Of a stretch of 58,128 nucleotides of DNA, positions 20,410 through 27,503 are shown piece by piece. Within the stretch, counting starts at the first letter, position 1, and each line of letters begins with the position of its first letter. Source of the DNA: a virus (taxonomy: Duplodnaviria; Caudoviricetes); the IMG/VR virus record IMGVR_UViG_3300030104_004696, positions 1-58,128 of that record. One strand, 5' to 3'. The position numbers were made by a program, and so were the translations under genes. The notes below the pieces were generated by a model, which was given only the letters and a program-made list of their open reading frames with translations, was not told the origin of the DNA and did no database searches.

Positions 20410-20564
20410 TTCAATTTACTTGTTAAAGTTTTACGTTTAGATAATAATTGTTTTGTTTCCTCCTCATTATCTCTTATTTTCTTTTTCTTTAATCTACCAT
20501 CGATCTTTTGTATCTCTTGAAAGATAGCCATTCTTACATTTGTTTTGCCTTTTCTTTTACTCAT
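20406..20564 (-). CDS. Small basic hypothetical protein (52 aa, not in ORF track)
   Basis: MSKRKGKTNVRMAIFQEIQKIDGRLKKKK...; ATGA overlap with the next gene. Confidence 0.55.
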   Translation of the reverse strand: MSKRKGKTNVRMAIFQEIQKIDGRLKKKKIRDNEEETKQLLSKRKTLTSKLK

Positions 20565-20575
20565 CTTATTTAATT

Positions 20576-20941
20576 TTAATTTGTGATTAATTCTATATCT
20601 CGTATTGTATCTACATAATCATAGTAGTCTCCTATTTCAGAATGTAAGTTTCCATCCTCTCCCATTCCTAAACAAAATACATTGTCTATTCCATCTTGCT
20701 TATCTATTTTATAATCATCCATCTTTCCTAAAAATAGCATAATTTCTCTGCACCATTCATCATCGTGATACCATTTTATATAATCAAATGTATAGGTTTT
20801 GTATTCCTCCACCTCTCCTACCACTAAATGATCGGTGTGAGGTTGATCTAATTGAAAATCGTGTTTCTTTAATATCTCATCAAATTCTTTTGATAATATT
20901 CCTTTTTTTACTCCTACAATTACTTTACTTCTATATCCCAT
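20576..20941 (-). CDS. Hypothetical early protein
   Basis: MGYRSKV...IKWY...FCLGMGED pattern recalled from phage early proteins. Confidence 0.65.
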   Translation of the reverse strand: MGYRSKVIVGVKKGILSKEFDEILKKHDFQLDQPHTDHLVVGEVEEYKTYTFDYIKWYHDDEWCREIMLFLGKMDDYKIDKQDGIDNVFCLGMGEDGNLHSEIGDYYDYVDTIRDIELITN

Positions 20942-20942
20942 T

Positions 20943-21128
20943 TTATTTAATTTTATTTAGTTGTTTTTTCCAAAATTCTTTTTTACCTAATTTAGTTTCT
21001 AAATATACTTTTTTAAGTTGATTCTCAAAATATTCTCTCATATATTCGTTGTCTAATATTATTCTCCCCTCAGCATCCTCGTGGTAGAATATAGGTATAG
21101 TCATGTGTGTTCTTATTTTTTTTTCCAT
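20943..21128 (-). CDS. Hypothetical early protein
   Basis: 61 aa ORF in tandem array. Confidence 0.55.
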   Translation of the reverse strand: MEKKIRTHMTIPIFYHEDAEGRIILDNEYMREYFENQLKKVYLETKLGKKEFWKKQLNKIK

Positions 21129-21400
21129 AATTCTTTAGCTTTTTTATTTGATTCATATCTATTTTCTATCCATCTTTTATGCATATATTCATTCATCATA
21201 TCTACCTGTGGATTTTTCTGTATCCATTTTTGATACTCTTTTTCATTCTGCTCTATTTTTTTATATACTCCTTTAGTCTCCTCTGTCTTACCACTATACT
21301 TAAAATAGTGATCCATTTCTATGGTGTTTTGTCTCCATAAATCCTCTAAAAATTTCTTTTGCTTTACTTCTGCTATTAAGTTTTGAGTAAGATCTTTCAT
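21113..21400 (-). CDS. Hypothetical early protein (likely start MKDLTQ at 21400)
   Basis: A small membrane ORF occupies the upstream segment, favouring the internal ATG. Confidence 0.55.
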   Translation of the reverse strand: MKDLTQNLIAEVKQKKFLEDLWRQNTIEMDHYFKYSGKTEETKGVYKKIEQNEKEYQKWIQKNPQVDMMNEYMHKRWIENRYESNKKAKELWKKK

Positions 21401-21632
21401 ATAAAAAATATTTTTATTAAAGGTACTATTGCAATGTAATACATAAATATTGTTACAATTATTCCTATCCATCCCAATAATATTAGTAATGTTTTATTTT
21501 TCATTTTTTATTTGTATATAGATGTATTCCATCCATTCGTTGTAGGTTTTAGCAGTACGCTTCCCTACTTTATATGCTCTTATTTTTTTCATTCTGCAAT
21601 AATAAGTATTAATATTTAATTATACAAGTTTT

Positions 21633-21803
21633 CTACAATATATAATGTAACAACTTGATTATCTGTAATATAACAAATGCTACAAAAATAATTATTATAG
21701 CCATAATTACTCCAAATTGTATTCCTTCTTTAATAAATTTAGGTAATTGCTTTTTAAAATTCTCCCATTCCTCTGGCGTAGGATCTAAATCTTTATTTTT
21801 CAT
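21633..21803 (-). CDS. Small membrane protein (56 aa, not in ORF track)
   Basis: MKNKDLDPTPEEWENFKKQLPKFIKEGIQFGVIMAIIIIFVAFVILQIIKLLHYIL. Confidence 0.55.
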   Translation of the reverse strand: MKNKDLDPTPEEWENFKKQLPKFIKEGIQFGVIMAIIIIFVAFVILQIIKLLHYIL

Positions 21804-21805
21804 AT

Positions 21806-22072
21806 TTATTTACTTTTATTTATTAATTCTATTGCGTACTTATTTAATTCTTTTTTTGATCGTTTACCTATTCTCTCTATAATTTCTTCAAGTAGTTTCA
21901 TATCATTCTCCTCTACTAATCCATAGTAACTCGCTTCTCCAATAAAACTCTCCATTATACTTTCATCTTCATATAGGTTATATTTGGATAGCCTTTTAAA
22001 ATATAGGTTATAAAACTTACCTAATTGTTGGTACTGCATTAAATTCCCTATTGTTTCTTGTTCGTATTTCAT
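21806..22072 (-). CDS. Hypothetical early protein
   Basis: 88 aa; AATAGAT-ATG leader. Confidence 0.65.
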   Translation of the reverse strand: MKYEQETIGNLMQYQQLGKFYNLYFKRLSKYNLYEDESIMESFIGEASYYGLVEENDMKLLEEIIERIGKRSKKELNKYAIELINKSK

Positions 22073-22091
22073 ATCTATTTTATTTTAATTA

Positions 22092-22265
22092 TTATATATT
22101 TTTTACGTGTTGATGCCAATAGTTAAGAATTTGTTGTATTTTTTCAATATCTTTTTTAAATTCTTTATCATTACCTCTTACTATTAAATTATCTATTATT
22201 TCGTTTGTATGATAATCTAATTTTATTAAATCATCTTTTAAAAATTCTTTTAAAGTTTCTTTCAT
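22092..22265 (-). CDS. Hypothetical early protein (57 aa, not in ORF track)
   Basis: MKETLKEFLKDDLIKLDYH...; same AATAGAT-ATG leader as neighbours. Confidence 0.55.
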   Translation of the reverse strand: MKETLKEFLKDDLIKLDYHTNEIIDNLIVRGNDKEFKKDIEKIQQILNYWHQHVKNI

Positions 22266-22284
22266 ATCTATTTAATTTTAATCT

Positions 22285-22360
22285 TAGAAAACACTATTGT
22301 CCTCTACCACCAAAAGCCCACTATTTTCATAGTGAGCCAAAGGTGTCCTACACACACAAT
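22285..22360 (-). ncRNA. Unclassified structured RNA element (two hairpins)
   Basis: Minus strand CACC-UUU-GGCUCACUAU-GAAA-AUAGUGGGCU-UUU-GGUG, then UAGAGGACA-AUAG-UGUUUUCUA; the G-U pairs work only on the minus strand. Confidence 0.55.
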
Positions 22361-22364
22361 TAAA

Positions 22365-22613
22365 TCATAACCAATACTCTTGACTGCACCATTTACTACA
22401 AAAGGTATTTTCTTCTTCTACCTCTTCATTGCAATTATTACATAAGTAAGGGTTTAATTCTTCATTACATTCATCACAATATTCTTCGTCCCAACCTCTT
22501 GGCACTTCTTTCCATTCATAATACTCATCACAATTATAACATTGCTCAAGATCCTTTGTTTTTTCTAATTCAGGAAACTCCATAAATTTTGCTTCTAATT
22601 CTTTTCTTGTCAT
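22365..22613 (-). CDS. Small Cys-rich zinc-finger protein
   Basis: CYNC, CDEC, CNNC and CSKWC motifs. Confidence 0.7.
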   Translation of the reverse strand: MTRKELEAKFMEFPELEKTKDLEQCYNCDEYYEWKEVPRGWDEEYCDECNEELNPYLCNNCNEEVEEENTFCSKWCSQEYWL

Positions 22614-22615
22614 AT

Positions 22616-22795
22616 CTATTTAATTTTATAATATTCAATTAGCAAACTATCTTGCTTTACTTGGTATTCGTTCCATAATTTATTCATCTCGTAATCAATC
22701 TTACTTCTTTGATGTAATTGTTCATCAGTAAGTTTGTTCATCATTCCACATGAAGTTAGTAAACTCGCTGTTATTACTATTAATATCTTTTTCAT
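22616..22795 (-). CDS. Small lipoprotein (59 aa, not in ORF track)
   Basis: MKKILIVITASLLTSC signal peptide II/lipobox; AATAGAT-ATG leader. Confidence 0.7.
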   Translation of the reverse strand: MKKILIVITASLLTSCGMMNKLTDEQLHQRSKIDYEMNKLWNEYQVKQDSLLIEYYKIK

Positions 22796-22797
22796 AT

Positions 22798-23268
22798 CTA
22801 TTCTATTTCAGTTAATACTCCGTTAATTTCCTCATACTGATAATCTCCAGTACATTCCCATTCAGTATAATATACTCCATAGTGATTGTATCCTATCTCT
22901 AATATATCATCATCATTTTTACTTTTCCAATTAGCAAATTCTACTCCACCATTTGCTATTTCCTCATCCATAAGTTCTTTGATATGTTTTACTGCATCTA
23001 CCTTATTCTTAAAGTATTCATCAGTTTGTTCATCTATCCATCCCTCATTCATTCCTTTGTGAGTGATAGAACATTTTCTTGCGTATTTCATATTGTGTGT
23101 TATGTACTCAGACGCCCATTCTAAAACTTGCTTAGATGATACTTCAGCATCTATGGTATCAGATAACTCATCATTCCATACTGATAAGTATAAATTGTCT
23201 TTATAGATTCTTGCATCTATTCCGTACTTACTTTTAAGTACCTCTACTGCTTTTTCGCTTGTTGTCAT
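22798..23268 (-). CDS. Hypothetical early protein
   Basis: 156 aa; its ATG is 23 nt downstream of the hammerhead A cleavage site. Confidence 0.7.
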   Translation of the reverse strand: MTTSEKAVEVLKSKYGIDARIYKDNLYLSVWNDELSDTIDAEVSSKQVLEWASEYITHNMKYARKCSITHKGMNEGWIDEQTDEYFKNKVDAVKHIKELMDEEIANGGVEFANWKSKNDDDILEIGYNHYGVYYTEWECTGDYQYEEINGVLTEIE

Positions 23269-23285
23269 TGTGTGTTATTTAAATT

Positions 23286-23339
23286 AATACTGACACTACT
23301 TGCGTAGTGTTTCGTCCCATTAGGACTCATCAGAGTATT
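23286..23339 (-). ncRNA. Type I hammerhead ribozyme A
   Basis: Minus strand AAUACU-CUGAUGA-GUCC(UAAUG)GGAC-GAAA-CACUAC(GCAA)GUAGUG-UC/AGUAUU: complete catalytic core, three perfect stems and GUC triplet; predicted cut between 23292 and 23291. Confidence 0.95.
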
Positions 23340-23465
23340 TTATCTGTATGCAGGACAGGAAGTAGCGTTCTTTTTAGCATAGCTTGATGCATATGGACAA
23401 TAGCTACTTGCACAACTTGATAATAAGAATGTTAATACTACCGCTACTAAAATTGACTTTTTCAT
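23340..23465 (-). CDS. 41-aa lipoprotein flanked by hammerhead ribozymes
   Basis: MKKSILVAVVLTFLLSSC lipobox; mature CASSYCPYASSYAKKNATSCPAYR; ACACACAAAACAA-ATG leader. Confidence 0.75.
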   Translation of the reverse strand: MKKSILVAVVLTFLLSSCASSYCPYASSYAKKNATSCPAYR

Positions 23466-23484
23466 TTGTTTTGTGTGTTGTTTT

Positions 23485-23542
23485 ATACTGACTATCTCAT
23501 TTGAGATAGTTTCGTTGCATTTCAGCAGACTCATCAGAGTAT
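23485..23542 (-). ncRNA. Type I hammerhead ribozyme B
   Basis: Minus strand AUACU-CUGAUGA-GUCUGC(UGAAAU)GCAAC-GAAA-CUAUCUCA(AA)UGAGAUAG-UC/AGUAU: complete core with one bulge in stem II; predicted cut between 23490 and 23489. Confidence 0.92.
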
Positions 23543-23710
23543 TTATTTGACCTCAACAAACTCAAAGTTTTTAAATTTGTCTCGTAGTTTTTGATTAATC
23601 TCTTTTATCAATTCAGACTCTTTAATCTTATAAAATGCGATTAACTCTTTGTTGTCTTTTGGGTTTTGGTTTAAACTCTTTATGAGTCTTTTTAATTCAA
23701 TTATATTCAT
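23543..23710 (-). CDS. Hypothetical early protein (55 aa, not in ORF track)
   Basis: MNIIELKRLIKSLNQNPKDNKELIAFYKIKESELIKEINQKLRDKFKNFEFVEVK; its stop abuts hammerhead B. Confidence 0.6.
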   Translation of the reverse strand: MNIIELKRLIKSLNQNPKDNKELIAFYKIKESELIKEINQKLRDKFKNFEFVEVK

Positions 23711-23738
23711 TTGTTTATTGTTTTATATTAATATTCTG

Positions 23739-24152
23739 TTAAAGGTTGTTGTATTGAGGCATTCTTTTTTGATAGTGTGCCGCTTTATATGATTTATGCA
23801 AATTGTGAAATAGTGTGTATTGTGCATGAAATAGCATATCCATTCCACACCCTGAAATTCTGCCATTCTCAGAAACACCCGCTAAGGATAATATTTCTTT
23901 ATCGCCTATTTTATGCAGTTTGTTCTTATAGATGTAAGCAAGTTTTATTGTTCTGCTCCTTCCTGATTTGCTAACGCTTTCAACACCGGCGTAAAATTTA
24001 CCTTTTAATAGTGCGTTTTTAATTCGTTGCAATTCTTCCGCTTTCCAATTTGTTAACTGCGGTTTGTCTTTCTCTGTCCAAAAATCAGAGGTTTTAATAT
24101 CTTCATTAACTAACGCTTCCGCAAGATTTAAAATATGTTTTGTTGTTTTCAT
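23739..24152 (-). CDS. Hypothetical early protein
   Basis: SVSKSGRSRTI...ISGCGMDMLF motif recalled from phage early proteins; ACACACAA-ATG leader. Confidence 0.7.
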   Translation of the reverse strand: MKTTKHILNLAEALVNEDIKTSDFWTEKDKPQLTNWKAEELQRIKNALLKGKFYAGVESVSKSGRSRTIKLAYIYKNKLHKIGDKEILSLAGVSENGRISGCGMDMLFHAQYTLFHNLHKSYKAAHYQKRMPQYNNL

Positions 24153-24171
24153 TTGTGTGTTTTTTTATTTA

Positions 24172-24309
24172 TTAATTTATTGTTTCAATTATTACGTCAT
24201 CATAACCTTTATTAATCCACTCTGATTTTTCAATTTGGGCTTCAATTAAGGTATTAAAATAGTTTGGAATCCCTCCAATCCATACAATATATTTTGTTTC
24301 TTTTTTCAT
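24172..24309 (-). CDS. First early gene, 45 aa (not in ORF track)
   Basis: MKKETKYIVWIGGIPNYFNTLIEAQIEKSEWINKGYDDVIIETIN; ACACACAA-ATG leader. Confidence 0.6.
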   Translation of the reverse strand: MKKETKYIVWIGGIPNYFNTLIEAQIEKSEWINKGYDDVIIETIN

Positions 24310-24349
24310 TTGTGTGTGATTTAAGTTAATATTATATTTAATTATTGTG

Positions 24350-24357
24350 CAAAGATA
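24350..24357 (-). promoter_or_regulatory. Early promoter -7 box TATCTTTG
   Basis: Matches TAnnTTTG at the head of the minus-strand arm. Confidence 0.75.
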
Positions 24358-24436
24358 GTTTAATTTTTCATATAATCACTATTAATTTAGTTTTATTTTC
24401 TTTACACATATGTTTTTATATTGTAAGTATATTGAT

Positions 24437-24449
24437 TATCAAGCAGTTA
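24437..24449 (+). promoter_or_regulatory. IHF-consensus-like site
   Basis: TATCAAGCAGTTA matches WATCAANNNNTTR. Confidence 0.4.
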
Positions 24450-24488
24450 TGTTGTTAATAACTTTTTGTTTTGTTTATGTGTTTTGAT

Positions 24489-24790
24489 GGTCGGAGGGGG
24501 ATAATGGGGGAAGTCTCATTGAGACAATGAGTCTTTAATCGTTCTTTATGCGGGGGAAAGGGGGAAAGGTTGGACAATATGCGTAGACATTAAGCAGTCA
24601 TTAAGGGATAATAAGAAGATAGACAGGGGGACAGGTAGGCGAACAGGTACACCCACCAACACCCCACCAAAAAAAGCTAAAAAATCTACACAAAAAATTT
24701 TAAAAAGTCAAAAGACAAACAACCCCCCCACCCCTTTCTCTATGGCGATGCTTGAGCGTATGATGTAGTATAGCCCTCAACCCCCAGACA
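24489..24790. other. Non-coding divergence region with G-tracts, hairpin and C-tracts (candidate packaging/terminus or control region)
   Basis: Five G5 runs, hairpin AAGTCTCATTG-AGA-CAATGAGTCTT (24511-24535), three ACAGG copies, then C-runs. Confidence 0.45.
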
Positions 24791-24805
24791 TCTAAAAAAA
24801 TTTTA

Positions 24806-24813
24806 TATCTTTG
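24806..24813 (+). promoter_or_regulatory. Promoter -7 box TATCTTTG
   Basis: At the head of the plus-strand arm. Confidence 0.75.
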
Positions 24814-24828
24814 TAAAAAATAAAAAAT

Positions 24829-24999
24829 ATGCCTACAGTAAAATATAAATGTGGAGACACAGGTAAAATGAAAAAGAAAACTTTCCCATACAATGCGGTG
24901 GGTAAAGCACAAGCAAGTGAGTTTGCTAAAACAATGGGTGGTAAGATTAAGAACAATCCAAGTTATGGTATGGAGAAAACAATGAAGTCCAGTTACTAA
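24829..24999 (+). CDS. Small basic protein (56 aa, not in ORF track)
   Basis: MPTVKYKCGDTGKMKKKTFPYNAVGKAQASEFAKTMGGKIKNNPSYGMEKTMKSSY. Confidence 0.65.
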   Translation: MPTVKYKCGDTGKMKKKTFPYNAVGKAQASEFAKTMGGKIKNNPSYGMEKTMKSSY

Positions 25000-25000
25000 T

Positions 25001-25282
25001 ATGAATTGTGGTTGCGGACAAACTCCTTGTAAGACTTATGGAAATAAAAAAAACAATAATAATATGAAAATGATGAACAACCCATTTAAAGGATCCGACA
25101 ATGTTGGAGGTCTTTATGTAGAAGACGGTAGATTAATTAATGGTCGTATGGACGGTGAAACGGGAATAGCACAAGCTGCTCGTATTAAGCGTGCAATTAA
25201 AAACGATAGAAAGATAAATAGAATAGCTGAAGGTATTGAATTGGCTGATAACAAAAAGAACTGGAGAGAGTTAGAGTTCTAA
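25001..25282 (+). CDS. Hypothetical protein
   Basis: 93 aa ORF followed by a terminator. Confidence 0.65.
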   Translation: MNCGCGQTPCKTYGNKKNNNNMKMMNNPFKGSDNVGGLYVEDGRLINGRMDGETGIAQAARIKRAIKNDRKINRIAEGIELADNKKNWRELEF

Positions 25283-25309
25283 AGATTCCCATTTGTTCTG
25301 TTGTGAAAA

Positions 25310-25342
25310 GGAGGTAAGACATTTAGTCTGCCTCTTTTTTTT
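25310..25342 (+). terminator. Rho-independent terminator
   Basis: GAGGTAAGAC-ATTTA-GTCTGCCTC hairpin plus T-tract. Confidence 0.75.
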
Positions 25343-25349
25343 ATATATA

Positions 25350-25512
25350 TGTTAATGTTCAACACTAAAGTGTTATTCTTTTTTAAAGTCAACACTAACT
25401 TAACTTATTGATTTACAATAACTTAAATACTATTAGTGTTAAAGTGTTAAGTTAAACTCTTTTTTTTATAATAATAATAATAATAATAATAATAGAATAT
25501 ATATATATATAA
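25350..25512. repeat. Second origin-like locus: AACACT/AGTGTT repeats, IHF-like site, (ATA)n and (AT)n tracts
   Basis: TAGTGTTAAAGTGTTAA at 25434-25450 is identical to 17480-17496; palindrome AACACTAAAGTGTT at 25361-25374; AATCAATAAGTTA on the minus strand at 25401-25413. Confidence 0.6.
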
Positions 25513-25562
25513 AAGAAAAAATAAATACAACATCTCACCACAATGTATATATATATTTTTAT

Positions 25563-25570
25563 TATCTTTG
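25563..25570 (+). promoter_or_regulatory. Promoter -7 box TATCTTTG (groEL)
   Basis: Matches TAnnTTTG upstream of groEL. Confidence 0.75.
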
Positions 25571-25602
25571 CCATAAATTAAATTTAATTAAATCACAACA
25601 AA

Positions 25603-27183
25603 ATGAAAGACCAAGGATACATTCCAAAAGACCTGTCTTTTGATGACAAGGCAAGAACCAAATTAATATCGGGAATCTCAAAAATCTCTAACGCAGTTAA
25701 ATCAACTCTGGGCCCCCAGGGCCAGACTGTATTGATTGAGTCAACACAGCATACTCAAGGGTTAACAGTAACTAAAGATGGTGTGACTGTCGCTAAGTCA
25801 ATCTTTCTTTTAGATCCTGTAGAAAACTTAGCGGTTAGAATGATGAAGCAGGCTTCTGAGAAAACTGCTAATACTGCAGGAGATGGAACAACTACAGCGA
25901 TTGTTTTAACGGAGGCTTTAGTAAAGGCTGGACAAAAGTATATTAAAGAAGGAGAGAATACTATTAAGGTAGTAAGGGCTATAAGAGAAGCAGGTGATAA
26001 GTTATTAGAAAGAATAAAAGAAGAATCGGTTGATGTAACTGATGATATGTTAAAAGATATAGCAACAATCTCTGCAAACAATGACAACGAGATTGGTGAG
26101 ATTATAGCTAAGGCTTATAAAGAAGTAGGGCGTGATGGCATAGTAACAGTTGAAAGATCTCAAACTGATGAGACCTATGCTGAGGTTACTAATGGTATTA
26201 AAGTAGATAGAGGATGGACTTCTCCTATGTTTATTAATGACCAAAGAAAAGATGAGTGTATATATGAGGATGTTAAAGTTTTAATATGTGATAGTGAAAT
26301 AAATAATATATTACAAATTGAGAATGTTCTAAAACCTATTATCAATGCAGGAGAAAAATTACTTATCATTGGAGACTGCTCAGGTAATGTGATTAATACT
26401 TTAGCCGCTAACGTACAAAGAAACGGACTGAAGTTCTGTAATATTGTCCCTCCATCATTTGGATATAAGACTCACGAGTTAATGCAAGATATTGCGTTTG
26501 CAGTAGGTGCTAAATACTTTTCAGAGAAAACAGGAGACGATTTATCCCTAATTAGAATGGAAGACTTAGGTCATGCAGATAAAATTATTGTAGGAAAAGA
26601 TAATACTATCATTATAAAAAACGGTGAGATTACTAAAGAGACTATAGCAAGAGTAGACGAGCTAAGAGACCAGCAAGAAAGACTAACAGCTAAACATGAG
26701 AAAGATTTTATTAATGAGAGAATCGCTTCTTTAGTTGGAGGAATAGGATGTATACAGGTAGGAGCTACTTCTGATATAGAGCAAAAAGAAAAATTTGACA
26801 GAGTCGATGACTCTGTCTGTGCAGTGCGTTCCGCACTACAGGAAGGAATAGTTGCTGGAGGAGGATTATTATTAAACACCTTATCTAAAGAATTAAAAGG
26901 AAAGAGTACTGCTGATAAGATTCTTAAAGAAACATTACAAGCTCCCTTACAGCAAATACTTGTAAACGCAGGATTAAATAAAAAAGATATCTATGAAGAA
27001 GATCTTAAAAAGAACTTCGGATATAATGTTGTTACAGGTAAATATGGAGATATGTTTGAAATGGGAGTTGTGGATCCAGCTAAGGTTACTATACAAGCTT
27101 TATCCAACGCTATTAGTGTAGCAACAACTATACTTACTACCAACGCTATAATAACTCACGCAAGAATAGGACAAGATGATTAA
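25603..27183 (+). CDS. groEL: Chaperonin GroEL (Cpn60)
   Basis: STLGPQG, VTKDGVTVAKSI, AGDGTTTA, IATISAN, EGIVAGGG and GVVDPAKV motifs; no GGM tail. Confidence 0.97.
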   Translation: MKDQGYIPKDLSFDDKARTKLISGISKISNAVKSTLGPQGQTVLIESTQHTQGLTVTKDGVTVAKSIFLLDPVENLAVRMMKQASEKTANTAGDGTTTAIVLTEALVKAGQKYIKEGENTIKVVRAIREAGDKLLERIKEESVDVTDDMLKDIATISANNDNEIGEIIAKAYKEVGRDGIVTVERSQTDETYAEVTNGIKVDRGWTSPMFINDQRKDECIYEDVKVLICDSEINNILQIENVLKPIINAGEKLLIIGDCSGNVINTLAANVQRNGLKFCNIVPPSFGYKTHELMQDIAFAVGAKYFSEKTGDDLSLIRMEDLGHADKIIVGKDNTIIIKNGEITKETIARVDELRDQQERLTAKHEKDFINERIASLVGGIGCIQVGATSDIEQKEKFDRVDDSVCAVRSALQEGIVAGGGLLLNTLSKELKGKSTADKILKETLQAPLQQILVNAGLNKKDIYEEDLKKNFGYNVVTGKYGDMFEMGVVDPAKVTIQALSNAISVATTILTTNAIITHARIGQDD

Positions 27184-27245
27184 GTTTATATACTGGCTTT
27201 TAGGAATAGGAGAAATAAATAATATAGAATCAAACATTAAACAAT

Positions 27246-27503
27246 ATGAAACCAATAGGGAAGTATATAGTAATAAAAAAAATTGAGGAAGAATTAAAGA
27301 CTGAATCAGGATTATTACTTTCTGCTCAAGACGCTTCGAGCTTTAGATATAAAAAAGGAGAAGTAATTAAGGAGGGTACTGATGTTAAAGTCATCAATAA
27401 GGGAGATGTAATTTATTATGACGGAGCTGCAGGGCATCAAATGCTTATTAAGGATAATCCTTATACGGTTATTCAGGAGAGAGATGTCGTTGTTGTTTTA
27501 TAA
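27246..27503 (+). CDS. groES: Co-chaperonin GroES (Cpn10)
   Basis: MKPIGKYIVIK...KTESGLLL...GEVIKEG...GDVIYY...IQERDVVVV. Confidence 0.92.
   Translation: MKPIGKYIVIKKIEEELKTESGLLLSAQDASSFRYKKGEVIKEGTDVKVINKGDVIYYDGAAGHQMLIKDNPYTVIQERDVVVVL

Noticed and set aside
22715-22735. Other CTGATGA matches (e.g. minus strand near 22725 and 23020; plus strand near 3470, 26165, 32283)
   Set aside because: They lie within coding sequence, and I could not find the stems plus GAAA and NUH needed for a hammerhead.
22060-22800. Recurring ATATCTATT(T) units as a CRISPR-like array
   Set aside because: Units are only about 10-15 bp, irregularly spaced by whole ORFs, and correspond to translation leaders; no cas genes.
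23340-23534. 64-aa ORF from the track with an upstream ATG at 23534
   Set aside because: That ATG lies inside the CUGAUGA core of hammerhead B. The ATG at 23465 has the typical leader and gives a clean signal peptide.
24700-24912. 70-aa minus-strand ORF across the late promoter
   Set aside because: It overlaps the TATCTTTG box and the better plus-strand ORF 24829-24999, and translates low-complexity tracts.
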